A DNA stretch of 51,853 nt from an uncultured Gammaproteobacteria bacterium (GCA_964594455.1 CAZQLY010000010.1:1-51853), one strand, 5' to 3'; counted from the first letter of the stretch, positions 10,301 to 19,685 are shown. A program made the numbers and translations. The notes: generated by a model from the letters alone, not told the origin.

Positions 10301-11766
10301 TTCCAGACGGAACAACCGTAACAATACCTTCTGGCGCCTTTGGCACCGAAGGAACTGTAACCCTGCTGGCCACTCCAAACATACAACTATATTCTACCGC
10401 TGATACTAAGCCAGTTACGTACTCGTGGAATCTAGAAGCCATGGATTCAAATAATCAGCTGATAGAATCATTCAATTCCAGTGTGACTGTTTGTATCCCC
10501 TGGGACGAAGAAATCTTAGCGGCTGATGATATTGATGAAGATCTGGTAAACACTAAGTATTACGACGACAATACTGGTAGTTGGAAGAGTACAACCGGAG
10601 GGACTAAGGACGATGATAATAATATGGCCTGCTTTGTCACAGACCACTTTACCAACTTCGCTCTAACCACTGGTACAGCCGGTATTCGTACTGCTGGAAC
10701 AACCGGTAATTATGACATTGCTGTCACTCCTCTCTCAGGTGGTGGACCGCAGGTCGTCTTGGCTGATGAAAATGGTAACGTGGTAGCCAACTTCTTCGCT
10801 TATTCATCCAGCTTACGCATCGGCGTCCAGGTAGCAACAGCGGACGTAGATGGCGACGGTGATAATGAAATAATCACCGCCCCAGGTGCCGGCGCAGGTC
10901 CCCAGGTCCGCGTCTTTGACCACCAGGGTCAAGTGGAAACCCAGTTCTTTGCCTACGGTGAGGGAGTCCGAACCGGTATCAATGTAACAGCCGCTGATGT
11001 TGATGGTGACGGCACTGCTGACATTATCACTTCGACAATGTCTGGAGCCGGTCCCCAGGTCCGCGTCTTCGACGCCAATGGCAATGTCAAAAGTCAGTTC
11101 TTCGCCTTTACCGAAACCTTCCGTGGCGGTGTAAATCTCACCACCGGAGATGTTGATGGTGACGGCACTAACGAAATAGTAGCTGTTCCTGCCAGTGAAG
11201 CCGGTCCCCAGGTCCGCGTCTTCAATTCTGACGGTTCGGTCGTTTCTCAATTCTTCGCTTATGCCGAAACGGTCCGTGGCGGCTACAACGTCAACGTCGG
11301 TGATATCGACGGCGATGGTACAGCCGATATCGTAGTCAGTCCTAAGGCCGGCAACGGTCCTCAGGTAGCTGTCTTCGACGGTAGCGGAAATGTCATGAAT
11401 CGCTTCTTCGCCTTTGCCGAAACCTTCCGCGGTGGAGTTAACGCCTCGGTTGGCGATGTAGATGGCGACGGTGATAATGACATAGTCGCTTCACCTGAGT
11501 CAGAAGCCGGTCCTCAAATCCGAGTCTTCGACGGCAACGGCAACGTTCTGTCGCAGTACTGGGCCTACTCCTCACACCTACGCGGTAATTTCACCTCTTT
11601 CGTAGCTGACCTAAACGGTGATGGCACGACTGAGATCGTTACTGCTCCGGGTGAAGGCATGGGTCCCCAAGTGAGAACTTTTGACCAAGACGGCAACGCC
11701 TTGTCTCAGTTCTTCTCACACCACACCGGATTCCGCGGTGGTATCTATATCACAAAAGCGCTCTAG
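7375..11766 (+). CDS. Large secreted surface protein: Ig-like/carboxypeptidase-regulatory-like domains, ZU5-like domain, C-terminal FG-GAP repeats
   Basis: Signal peptide; repeated G-x-V/I...DG/NG beta-sandwich units; LTLPDGTTVTIPSGAF; about 7 repeats with DVDGDG and GPQVRVFD. Confidence 0.88.
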   Translation: MKKTAKISLFLGVGIIALVMGLSLSKDAGAVVQVDPDPRVSSLSASPASTTAGATTTYTLSFTLSEAMAQGGRVMIVVQSNGNCDGDWNSCQVNFENVTENDVSGISNLHDFNAWDQGVELGKNSWTAGTYTVTLSGVQNPSQVGGHYRAYAETMATGEQQEPCEPGEECPQGPRTASAPIFFGTVGVKGTITLPNGDPASNVSVEVRSEDFSTNEHANTDDLGFYAVMANRLTSGTAYTLEVWVGGNEDMENYVSPELKQFTYAGSTLTKNAQLRTASKTVTGVLKYNDGTVVKTGAEVWANPMGGGGGKNAQVSETDGTFTITLAGGSYDLGLNAGWVCDGNGCHERTVNWTYNQPSQMVEFANNTSTENKTVNFVVQKTDAIVKGKILKPNGDPIGGHIELSTGDGPGMGGHVDQYSGGRFNINVMAGKYKLMFWPDTWGDNSGDNARYYMDEMVVNVSTDQTLNLGTITLKKKTSKITGSVITKDDEPVADFRVNCWVHDGYGWAEATTNTSGVYNVWIAPGEWECGASQGPDTNYIPISQGPPKFYQVKANQTITADDIVVQEADAQLTIKAIDKDGNAIASLWGGAYARKKSGGFGPGNEFHTGLDRGEGTLSLLGGSTYMVGIHIDKQTDLLMQDEIEVVVPEGAQKTVKVTLVEPDAFVRIILKDQYGKKLTDLEAEVEIGSEGFGMWRHARTQNGEATIGVQGGNKYFAGYWLRDNPEYVQTHPEGAPFLVKSGQTVTQVITVFRANAGIEITLKDPDGNLVDWGHAWCSNHRYKEDKLKTDTFSGTEGSGQIIDAGTEIREGRGQIAVVVTDDNYQYECGSGGGPDMMANNWLPPDMVEVKAKEGETTKITLQFSEADSTITGSAKLDSGSAVNWGWCFAFSQNGQHSGTELIDGKFSLPVNSGTTWFVGCDTNTSDGFYRSIEKMVSVPKEGTYSTSLILSKELWDLPEGLTLQFDASQQQSLTLPDGTTVTIPSGAFGTEGTVTLLATPNIQLYSTADTKPVTYSWNLEAMDSNNQLIESFNSSVTVCIPWDEEILAADDIDEDLVNTKYYDDNTGSWKSTTGGTKDDDNNMACFVTDHFTNFALTTGTAGIRTAGTTGNYDIAVTPLSGGGPQVVLADENGNVVANFFAYSSSLRIGVQVATADVDGDGDNEIITAPGAGAGPQVRVFDHQGQVETQFFAYGEGVRTGINVTAADVDGDGTADIITSTMSGAGPQVRVFDANGNVKSQFFAFTETFRGGVNLTTGDVDGDGTNEIVAVPASEAGPQVRVFNSDGSVVSQFFAYAETVRGGYNVNVGDIDGDGTADIVVSPKAGNGPQVAVFDGSGNVMNRFFAFAETFRGGVNASVGDVDGDGDNDIVASPESEAGPQIRVFDGNGNVLSQYWAYSSHLRGNFTSFVADLNGDGTTEIVTAPGEGMGPQVRTFDQDGNALSQFFSHHTGFRGGIYITKAL
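10711..11750 (+). repeat. Intragenic FG-GAP tandem repeats (about 150-bp period)
   Basis: ggtccccaggtccgcgtctt recurs near 10897, 11050 and 11203; protein repeats of about 50 aa. Confidence 0.85.
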
Positions 11767-11795
11767 TCCAAGCTAGACGCATCAGATAAACCATT

Positions 11796-11825
11796 AACCC
11801 CGTGCCAGCCAGGTACGGGGTTTTT
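11796..11825 (+). terminator. Rho-independent terminator
   Basis: aaccccgtgcc-agcca-ggtacggggtt followed by a T-run. Confidence 0.85.
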
Positions 11826-11858
11826 GGTTGTTTAAATATGTGGTAAAATAGATTCACT

Positions 11859-13016
11859 ATGGCAAATAAACAAAAGGTATTTTCAGGCATCCAACCAACC
11901 GGCGCTCTGCATATCGGAAATTACTTAGGCGCCATCAAACAATGGCTGGAACTGCAAAAAACTCATAACTGCGTTTTCTGCATTGTCGATTATCATGCAA
12001 TCACTGTCCCCTATGAGCCAAAAGAAATGCCAGACCGGATATTTGAAACCGCCTTGGATTATTTCGCGCTAGGCTTGGATCCGAAGAAATCAACCATTTT
12101 TATCCAATCACACGTGCCAGAACATACTGAGCTAGCTTGGCTTTTGAATACCATTACACCGATCAGTGAACTGGAGTTTATGACGCATTTTAAAGAAAAA
12201 GCCGGAATTAACCGTAACAAGTTAAAGAATACATTTAGAACTAAATTTGTAGAAAAATTTTATGAAAAGATAGTTGAATTAGATATAAAAGATGGTAAGT
12301 TAATCCAAGAAGCGTCTAACGATATAAAAAAATATTTGAACTCAAAAGAATTTGACGCGGAGATAAACAATCTGCTTTTAAGCTTTAGAGGCAGGGCAAA
12401 TGCCGCTTTACTTGATTATCCCGTGCTAATGGCTTCAGACATACTCCTTTACCACGCTAACCTAGTCCCAGTCGGTGAAGATCAAAAACAGCACGTGGAA
12501 TTAACCCGTACTATCGCCCGTAAATTTAATAACCAATTTGGCGAGACTTTGACCATTCCTGAAGTTAAATTATCTACTACCAAACGCATTATGTCTCTGG
12601 CTGACCCCACCAAGAAGATGAGCAAATCACTGGGACCCAAACATTACCTGGCTCTCAGCGATAGTCCGGAGACAATCCGAGAAAAAATATCCAAAGCTGT
12701 TACTGGCACCGGCACCGAAAAAGAGCTGCCAGACGGAACTATTAACCTGCTTGGTTTGTTGAAAGAATTTGGAACCGAAAGTGAGTTCAAGAAATTTGAA
12801 CAAGCAGCTAATAACGGATCAATCAAATATTCCGAGCTGAAAACTACTTTGGCCGAAGCCATTATCAAAAAACTAAAACCATTCCAGAAGAAACGAGCTG
12901 AACTAGCTAAGGACCCAAAGAAAATATGGAACACCCTGGAGGCGGGCGCTAAAAAAGCCCGACCCCTGGCTCAAAAAACTCTGACAGAGGCCAAGCAGAA
13001 GATGGGCTTGATTTAA
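11859..13016 (+). CDS. trpS: Tryptophan--tRNA ligase with an internal insertion of about 55-60 aa
   Basis: SGIQPTG, HIGN, YPVLMASDIL, VPVGEDQKQH and KMSKS motifs. Confidence 0.96.
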   Translation: MANKQKVFSGIQPTGALHIGNYLGAIKQWLELQKTHNCVFCIVDYHAITVPYEPKEMPDRIFETALDYFALGLDPKKSTIFIQSHVPEHTELAWLLNTITPISELEFMTHFKEKAGINRNKLKNTFRTKFVEKFYEKIVELDIKDGKLIQEASNDIKKYLNSKEFDAEINNLLLSFRGRANAALLDYPVLMASDILLYHANLVPVGEDQKQHVELTRTIARKFNNQFGETLTIPEVKLSTTKRIMSLADPTKKMSKSLGPKHYLALSDSPETIREKISKAVTGTGTEKELPDGTINLLGLLKEFGTESEFKKFEQAANNGSIKYSELKTTLAEAIIKKLKPFQKKRAELAKDPKKIWNTLEAGAKKARPLAQKTLTEAKQKMGLI

Positions 13017-13109
13017 TATAAATAGTGATATAAACTGAAAAATCTGGAAAATCCAGATTTTTTCGTTCCTTCTATCTAACCAACAGGGGGTGCCAATATA
13101 CAAGCCTTT

Positions 13110-13388
13110 GTGGAAGATCAGGAAGTGGATCAATCGCCCGTTACTGGCCCTTTTTTCAAACTTACTCGGTCACAGCAGATGCGCCGGATCTGGGGTTCGA
13201 TGGATCGTGCTTTCCGTCTGACTGTCCTTCTCAGAAACGGGCGAGATGTGGTTGGCGAGTACTGCGGCTTCTTGAGCTGTCTCAACGAACTCGATCTCTG
13301 GGACGAGGCTGGCGAAGTCTTCACTGTTTCTACCACAGACATCAGGGATGTCGATCTGCCACCCAAACCCAGGTTCAGCTACATTTGA
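13110..13388 (+). CDS. Hypothetical small protein, possible Sm/LSm-like fold
   Basis: LTVLLRNGRDVVGEYCGF..LNELDLWD resembles the Sm1 motif; followed by a terminator; start uncertain. Confidence 0.5.
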   Translation: MEDQEVDQSPVTGPFFKLTRSQQMRRIWGSMDRAFRLTVLLRNGRDVVGEYCGFLSCLNELDLWDEAGEVFTVSTTDIRDVDLPPKPRFSYI

Positions 13389-13390
13389 CA

Positions 13391-13416
13391 GCAACCTATT
13401 CTGGGTTGCTTTTTTT
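13391..13416 (+). terminator. Rho-independent terminator
   Basis: agcaacc-tattctg-ggttgct followed by a T-run. Confidence 0.75.
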
Positions 13417-13484
13417 ATAGATTGTTATAAGATATATGAACGCTCTTTTTTCAAACGTCCGCAACCAGAAAGGGGGGTGAAAAC

Positions 13485-14195
13485 ATGAAGCGGATTATAG
13501 AAGCGTTGTTGTCAGCGGTTGAATATCTGTTCCTGATGCTGTCGGCGTTGGTTAGTCTGTTCTTGTTCTTCGTCATGCAGCGAGCCCGGGTATTCGGAAA
13601 GAAGAACATGGTCTACCGAACCAACGTGGTAATCGCCTCAAACCACCAGACGTTTATCGACAGCTTTTTGGTCGGCACGGCCCTTTGCTTTCCGCACATG
13701 CTCTTCCACCCCAAGGTTGTCCCTTGGCATTTGGCCGCCTCTGAGAATTTCTTCAAGACCTGGGGTTATCGCTTAGCGGGCAGGTTCTGGCGCGCTATTC
13801 CAGTCAAACCGGGCCGCAAAGATCCAGAGCTCCTGAGACGGTTGAAACGTGAACTGGGAACCAAGGTGATCCATGTCTTTCCTGAGGGCGGACGTAGCCG
13901 AACCGGAGCCATAGGCAACGGCCATCCGAGCGTGGGGTTGTGGATTCATCATTGCCGTCCGGTGGTTATTCCAGTCAGAATCATTGGCATGGACAGGGTC
14001 CAGCCGGTCGGTCACCGCATGCTGCGCGGCCAGATCTTTGCAGTCAAAAGGCTGTTTCAGAAGATAGCTGTGATAGTTGGCCAACCGGTGGAGTTGTCAG
14101 ATCTGTACAGCCAATTACCGTCAACGGAGACGGCTTGCCTTATCACTGAGCGCATCATGGCAGCGATTCGTTCACTGGATCCATCGCAACGTTAA
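13485..14195 (+). CDS. 1-acyl-sn-glycerol-3-phosphate acyltransferase (PlsC-like)
   Basis: NHQTFID (HxxxxD) and FPEGGRS motifs; SD AAGGGGGGTGA. Confidence 0.88.
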   Translation: MKRIIEALLSAVEYLFLMLSALVSLFLFFVMQRARVFGKKNMVYRTNVVIASNHQTFIDSFLVGTALCFPHMLFHPKVVPWHLAASENFFKTWGYRLAGRFWRAIPVKPGRKDPELLRRLKRELGTKVIHVFPEGGRSRTGAIGNGHPSVGLWIHHCRPVVIPVRIIGMDRVQPVGHRMLRGQIFAVKRLFQKIAVIVGQPVELSDLYSQLPSTETACLITERIMAAIRSLDPSQR

Positions 14196-14229
14196 AAAAC
14201 ACCTGAGCTGGGTTCGGGTGTATTTTTTT
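14194..14229 (+). terminator. Rho-independent terminator
   Basis: acacctgagc...gttcgggtgt stem plus T-run. Confidence 0.7.
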
Positions 14230-14233
14230 AGTA

Positions 14234-14262
14234 TTGACTTTTTTCACCTTGACTAGTAAGGT
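14234..14262 (+). promoter_or_regulatory. sigma70-type promoter
   Basis: TTGACT-N17-TAAGGT. Confidence 0.55.
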
Positions 14263-14314
14263 ATTAAGTTAGCTCATTTCACCAACCATGAACTTGCAGG
14301 TATAAGGGGGTTGT

Positions 14315-14896
14315 ATGAACCTAAAAGCTTCCCTGAAGGGGTTCTGTTTGGGTGTCATTACCAAACTGCCTGCTGGTGATGAACCAGGAGAGATCACGAA
14401 CCGGGCAACGCAAGAACTCCATGCCTTTGTGCTTTCTGCTGGCCGCATCTTCATCATGTCAGAAGATGCCCCGGTATTGTCTGACCAACCGTTCGTCGGG
14501 ACACTGGGCCTTGGAATCGAACTGCTGTACCGAACTGATGCCAGCAGCCAAGCCGCTGTCTGGGGTGTTTACACCAACTTTGAGCAACTGGTACTAGACG
14601 CCCTTGATCTTCACATTGGTTCCATTACCATGCGCCCAAACGACTGCGGGGACATGGGATACGTGGAATCGGAGGGCACCGAATGCCTCCTGCTTCACGA
14701 GGACGGCTCACTTCTCCGATTGACCGACAACGGTCAGCTGGAGTTTGTGGAAGACGAGGTCGAGATGCCTCAAGCTGGAGAACGTCTGATCTTCCGGTTG
14801 GGCACAGAAGTCCCGGATCTAGCGTCCCCTTGGGCCGTCTATCGACAGTTCCGTGATCTCCTCTTTTCGTCTGTCCAATCACAAAAAGAGCACTGA
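14315..14896 (+). CDS. Hypothetical protein (GC-rich unit)
   Basis: 193-aa ORF with SD AAGGGGG, own promoter and downstream terminator. Confidence 0.65.
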   Translation: MNLKASLKGFCLGVITKLPAGDEPGEITNRATQELHAFVLSAGRIFIMSEDAPVLSDQPFVGTLGLGIELLYRTDASSQAAVWGVYTNFEQLVLDALDLHIGSITMRPNDCGDMGYVESEGTECLLLHEDGSLLRLTDNGQLEFVEDEVEMPQAGERLIFRLGTEVPDLASPWAVYRQFRDLLFSSVQSQKEH

Positions 14897-14922
14897 TTTT
14901 CTTTCAAGTGCTCTCTTTTTTT
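14883..14922. terminator. Bidirectional terminator
   Basis: aaaaagagcact...agtgctctctttttt between convergent genes. Confidence 0.75.
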
Positions 14923-15709
14923 ATTCAATGGCGTGTTTTATTAAATTGATCGGCTGCTTCAGCCAATCTTGCACAATAAATCTGGTCTTATCCGTGATAT
15001 CACTCAAATAAAACTTGTGATCGTGATTGCGGAACAGTTGCTGCTCCAATTCAGGCTGTTCTTTCAAATATCTTTTAACTTCCTCAACTACCTCCAGAGC
15101 TGGATCAATCAGCTGAATTTTCTTTCCTATCTTTTGCTGAATCACATCCTTAATGAGAGGATAATGAGTACAGGCCAATATGAGAGAATCAATGCTTTTT
15201 GACTTCAGGCTGGCTAAATAACGTTTGGTAATCATCTTAGTCTCGGGCTTATCGGTCCAGCCCTCTTCCACTAACGGAACAAATAACGGACAAGGCTGGG
15301 TAATTAATTCTAATCCGCTCTCTGGCGTCTGCAAACGTTTCTGGTAGATCTCGCTCCGAATCGTGGCCGTGGTGCCGATAATGCCAATTCTCCTGTTGCG
15401 AGTCATTTGTTTGACCTTTTTAATAGCTGGGCTGACTACTTCGAAAATCGGGACCGGAATATTCTTCCTCAGTTCATCCGCTGCTACTGAAGAGGCGGTA
15501 TGACAAGCAACTATGATCAGCTTAGCACCTTGTTCCACCAGGAACTGGGCATCTTGCAGGGCAAATTTAATAATTGTCTCGGGACTTTTGGTTCCATAGG
15601 GCGTCCGAGCCGTGTCACCAAAATATACAATTTGATATTCAGGCAGTTGTTTCAGAACTTCTTTGACAACGGTTAGTCCTCCAATGCCCGAATCAAAAAT
15701 CCCGATCAT
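14921..15709 (-). CDS. murI: Glutamate racemase
   Basis: IGIFDSGIGGLTV, PYGTKS, ACHTAS and LACTHYP motifs. Confidence 0.96.
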   Translation of the reverse strand: MIGIFDSGIGGLTVVKEVLKQLPEYQIVYFGDTARTPYGTKSPETIIKFALQDAQFLVEQGAKLIIVACHTASSVAADELRKNIPVPIFEVVSPAIKKVKQMTRNRRIGIIGTTATIRSEIYQKRLQTPESGLELITQPCPLFVPLVEEGWTDKPETKMITKRYLASLKSKSIDSLILACTHYPLIKDVIQQKIGKKIQLIDPALEVVEEVKRYLKEQPELEQQLFRNHDHKFYLSDITDKTRFIVQDWLKQPINLIKHAIE

Positions 15710-17136
15710 TTATCCAAGGCCTCAAAGTTTACGTTAATTTTTGCCGACCAATCTATTTCATCAAAAGTATGCAATAACTTCTTGATATATTCACGTAGAT
15801 ATTCATATTGTTTTTTATTGTTGGCTTCAAATTTTACCGTCAGATATGGGCCGTTCTGAGAATATCTAACCACAAACATGCTGTCTGGCAAATCCAGCCT
15901 AACTCCGTCACCCGCTCGTTCATCATCAATTACTTCAGCCTTGGGAAAATCTTTTTTGAGAATCGGACTCAGCTTATCCATCAGAGCTACTTTTTTATTG
16001 TCAGCGCAGTAAAGTTTAATCTCTGGACTGGATTGATATTTTGGCAAAGCCGCTAAGGCTTCGTTCAGGGTCTGGTCAGTCCGTGCCAAATAGTGAAGTA
16101 AGCGCATGGTGGAATACAGTCCATCATCATGGTTGTAAAAGTCAGCTGAGAAGAAAAAGTGTCCGGATAGTTCACCAATCATAGCAGCCTTTACTTCCTG
16201 GTTTTTCTTTTTCAAGAAAGAATGTCCAGTGCGCCACATAAACGGCTCCCCGCCGTATTTAGTAATAGTCTCCGGAACGACCTTGGAACACAAGGTATTA
16301 AACATAATCTTGGCACCCGGATGCTCGTTTAGCACGTCGATAGCAAATAAAGCTACTAAAACATCATTCCAGATTATTGTGCCTTTTTCATCAACTATCC
16401 CAATGCGGTCACCATCCGGGTCATAAGTGAATCCGATATCAGCTTTGTTTTCTAATACCGCATCACGCAATCTTTCGGCTACTTCATTTTCGGTCGGGTC
16501 GGGCGCCCCTAAAGGAAAGGTGGGGATAACGTCAGTATAACGCTCAATCACTTCGCAACCGGCTTGACGTAATAATTCCGGAGCGCTATCGCCTGACGTA
16601 GCATGGCCCGAGTCAATCACAACCTTGAATTTCTTTTCTAGAGGTAATCGTTTGATAATATCATCAAAATAAGCCTGTTTGACATCTTGGTGAGTCACTG
16701 CACCGGGTTTTTCGCCTTGCTCAAAATCATCTTCTTCCACCATTTTTCTGAGGTTTTGCATACCTTCAGTCACTAATGTTTCTGAATAATCGATGGCAAA
16801 TTTAAAGCCATTGAATTCCGCTGGGTTATGTGACGCTGTCACCATTACCCCGCCTTTGCGTTTCAGATAATATTGAGACCAATAAAAAGTGCCGACCAAG
16901 CACATGCCAATATCAACGGTGTCTATGCCAGCCCAGCTCAAACCACGGATAATTGCCCGGCTGTATTCCGGACTGGTTTCTCGTGAATCGCGTGCTACAA
17001 CAGCCTCGGTAATGCCGTGGCGTTTCAAATACGTGCCGTGCGCCTTACCCAAACACTCGACTATTTCTGGATTGAGGTCTTTATTAACTACTCCGCGCAA
17101 ATCATAGGCACGAAACATCTCGGGATTAATTTTCAT
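15706..17136 (-). CDS. Phosphomannomutase/phosphoglucomutase
   Basis: FRAYDLRG, TASHNP, DPDGDR and GELSGH motifs. Confidence 0.95.
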   Translation of the reverse strand: MKINPEMFRAYDLRGVVNKDLNPEIVECLGKAHGTYLKRHGITEAVVARDSRETSPEYSRAIIRGLSWAGIDTVDIGMCLVGTFYWSQYYLKRKGGVMVTASHNPAEFNGFKFAIDYSETLVTEGMQNLRKMVEEDDFEQGEKPGAVTHQDVKQAYFDDIIKRLPLEKKFKVVIDSGHATSGDSAPELLRQAGCEVIERYTDVIPTFPLGAPDPTENEVAERLRDAVLENKADIGFTYDPDGDRIGIVDEKGTIIWNDVLVALFAIDVLNEHPGAKIMFNTLCSKVVPETITKYGGEPFMWRTGHSFLKKKNQEVKAAMIGELSGHFFFSADFYNHDDGLYSTMRLLHYLARTDQTLNEALAALPKYQSSPEIKLYCADNKKVALMDKLSPILKKDFPKAEVIDDERAGDGVRLDLPDSMFVVRYSQNGPYLTVKFEANNKKQYEYLREYIKKLLHTFDEIDWSAKINVNFEALDK

Positions 17137-18479
17137 AAGTTTTCAATTATTTTAGTTATTTCGTTTATTTTTTCATCCAAAAGTTTCTCATTTTCCGCCT
17201 CAGCTGTCAATCTTAAAAGAGGCTCGGTATTCGAAGGCCGAGCGTTAAACCACCAGTCTGGATATTCTACCGTTAAACCGTCCATTTCATCTTGTTGGCC
17301 ATCAGAATAGCGTTCTTTTAATTCTGCCAGCATTTCAGTTACTTTATCACTCTCGAAATATACTTCTTTGCGGATATATTTTTGGAAATCTTTCATTACC
17401 TCAGAAAGTTTGGCGTCAGAATCAGAAATAATGCCCAAAAGTAACATCAAAGCAATCATGCCTGAATCAGCATAATAATTATCACGAAAACAATAGTGAG
17501 CTGAGGTTTCCCCACCCATGATTCCTCGGTTTTTCCTTAAACTCCCGGAAACATTAACGAAGCCAACTGGTGTTTTAATGGGTTGACCACCCCATTCATT
17601 AATTTTCTCCGAAACAATACGACTACAAATCAGCGTAAAAGAAAAACTGGCACCCGGCTCCTGCTTTAATAGATATTTGGCCATAAGGGCTAATGAGATA
17701 TCACCCTTGAGAAACTCGCCTCGTTCTGTCATTAATAATACTCGATCTGAATCACCATCAAAAATAACTCCTGCATCTGCTCCTTCTTTCAACACAGCGC
17801 TTCGTAGCTTTTCTTGTGATTCGGGTAGTAGCGGGTTTGAGGGACGGTTGGGAAATGTGCCATCTGGTTCAAAAAACAAAGGTATGTAATCAAACGGTAG
17901 ATTTTTAAATAACTCAGGTATAACGAGACCAGCTGTTCCGTTACCAGCATCAATAACCAACTTCAAGGGCTTTAATCTATCTAGGTCAACAAAGCCCAAT
18001 ACATGATCAACAAAATTCCGTATCACCTTCTTACGCTTCAAGCTGCCCTCTTTTTTAGCATCTGAGAATGCTTTTTGCTCCTTGATAAATCCGTACAGTC
18101 TTTTCCCAGAAATCATTTCAACACCTTTGTCTACTATACGAATACCATTATACTCGGGCGGATTATGCGAAGCTGTGATTACAGCCCCTCCATCAAATTT
18201 GTATTTTCCAACAGCAAAATACATTACCTCTGATGGTATCATGCCCAGAACAATAACATCGGCTCCTTGTTGACAAGCTCCTTTTATAAACGCTTCCGCT
18301 AACTTTGGTGATGTTGGTCTGGAATCCCAACCAACACAAATCTGCTTTCCGTTAAGATAATTAACAAAAGCCTGACCCACCTGAAATGCCATTTCTTCAT
18401 TTACCTGACTGGGGTATAAACCCCTCACATCGTAGGACCGAAAAGCTTCTGGTCTAATATCCTTAATATGTTTTGTCAT
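17133..18479 (-). CDS. Phosphomannomutase/phosphoglucomutase (second paralog)
   Basis: FRSYDVRG, TASHNP, DGDSDR, GETSAH and RPSNTEP motifs. Confidence 0.95.
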   Translation of the reverse strand: MTKHIKDIRPEAFRSYDVRGLYPSQVNEEMAFQVGQAFVNYLNGKQICVGWDSRPTSPKLAEAFIKGACQQGADVIVLGMIPSEVMYFAVGKYKFDGGAVITASHNPPEYNGIRIVDKGVEMISGKRLYGFIKEQKAFSDAKKEGSLKRKKVIRNFVDHVLGFVDLDRLKPLKLVIDAGNGTAGLVIPELFKNLPFDYIPLFFEPDGTFPNRPSNPLLPESQEKLRSAVLKEGADAGVIFDGDSDRVLLMTERGEFLKGDISLALMAKYLLKQEPGASFSFTLICSRIVSEKINEWGGQPIKTPVGFVNVSGSLRKNRGIMGGETSAHYCFRDNYYADSGMIALMLLLGIISDSDAKLSEVMKDFQKYIRKEVYFESDKVTEMLAELKERYSDGQQDEMDGLTVEYPDWWFNARPSNTEPLLRLTAEAENEKLLDEKINEITKIIENL

Positions 18480-18524
18480 ACGCTAAGAAATAGAAAACAA
18501 GTACTTTATCACTGACCGTTTTCT

Positions 18525-19685
18525 TTAATTCTTTTTATCCGTAGTGGAAAAATTATATTGCTTTATATCTTTATAACCAATCCGGACTATACTGCCCAAC
18601 GACCAGACGATACCAGCCAAGCTGATAAATATACCGATGAATGGCAACCAGGTTAAAATAACGAATACTAAGACTCCTAAAACCATGGGTACAAGGGGCG
18701 TTATGGTTCTGTCTTTCAAAAATAATCCCAGAATTTTCTGACCGATCAAAAGGCCTACGTAAATCCTACTAAGATATAAGAGCAAAGAATACAATACCAG
18801 CACGATGACAGCCAAAGGAAAACCTATCAATGACACGAACAGTATTATTGTTGCCAATGGGATGCCTATTAAATATACTATCCCCCAAGAGATTTTTGAT
18901 AACGGATTGCTGTTCATGTCATCAATAATCTTCTTTGTTTTCCTAGGAAAAAATGAAATAATAACCAAGCCAACCAATAATAATCCTAGCAGTGAGGCTA
19001 TACGCAGAAAGATAACACTACCAACAAAAATTTCCCGGATATCTGTCAAACTTTCTGAGGGCTGTTTGTGCTCGACTATCCCGGTTATTTGACCGCTTTC
19101 TATTTCAACTGCTTCATTACTGACATACATGAGGTTTCCCCCGATGGTTGCATCATCAGTTAGTTGAAAGTTCTTGCCTGTCACCCTGACCCGAACATTA
19201 CTACCCACACTACTACCAAGTCTGAAGCCTAGAGCGTAGCCTGTAATGTTTCCGTAGACTGGGCCCATCACTTCAACATTGCCTCCCACAAAACTAAAGC
19301 TCCAACCAATTGATCCTCGGTCAGTAACAGTTAGGTTGTCGGCAACAATTGTGGCATTCTTACCTATCTGTCCGCGAATAGTAACACTGGAACCAATTAT
19401 TCTAGCATTGCCAAGAACATTGCCGCTGATTACTATGGAGCCTCCGGCAATAATTGCATCACCAGCTACTGTACCGTCTATTGTTACCTGACCGCCGCCA
19501 ACTATTGCGTCGCCCTCTACCCGACCTTCAATAGTTATGTTATCGGCGTACCGGACAAAATTGTCGCTTATTATTTCATCAGAGCCAACGACTACAGACT
19601 CGTCCATTTCAGCAAAAGCCGCTATTGGCACGCCAACAATAACCACTAACATTGTTAAAAGGATTGTGATTTTCTTTTTTGTCAT
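18525..19685 (-). CDS. Membrane protein with beta-helical (polymer-forming/bactofilin-like) repeats and C-terminal TM bundle
   Basis: Signal peptide; repeated I-x-G-x-V-x-GD/GN units; several C-terminal TM helices. Confidence 0.8.
   Translation of the reverse strand: MTKKKITILLTMLVVIVGVPIAAFAEMDESVVVGSDEIISDNFVRYADNITIEGRVEGDAIVGGGQVTIDGTVAGDAIIAGGSIVISGNVLGNARIIGSSVTIRGQIGKNATIVADNLTVTDRGSIGWSFSFVGGNVEVMGPVYGNITGYALGFRLGSSVGSNVRVRVTGKNFQLTDDATIGGNLMYVSNEAVEIESGQITGIVEHKQPSESLTDIREIFVGSVIFLRIASLLGLLLVGLVIISFFPRKTKKIIDDMNSNPLSKISWGIVYLIGIPLATIILFVSLIGFPLAVIVLVLYSLLLYLSRIYVGLLIGQKILGLFLKDRTITPLVPMVLGVLVFVILTWLPFIGIFISLAGIVWSLGSIVRIGYKDIKQYNFSTTDKKN

Noticed and set aside
10711-11750. CRISPR-like periodic repeats
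   Set aside because: In-frame coding FG-GAP repeats with a period of about 150 bp; no unique spacers or cas genes
12195-12400. Intein or intron in trpS
   Set aside because: No N-terminal Cys/Ser or C-terminal HN-C/S/T splice residues; too short, and the frame is uninterrupted
15706-18479. Tandem PGM/PMM paralogs as a novelty
   Set aside because: Both have intact canonical motifs; multiple phosphohexomutases are common
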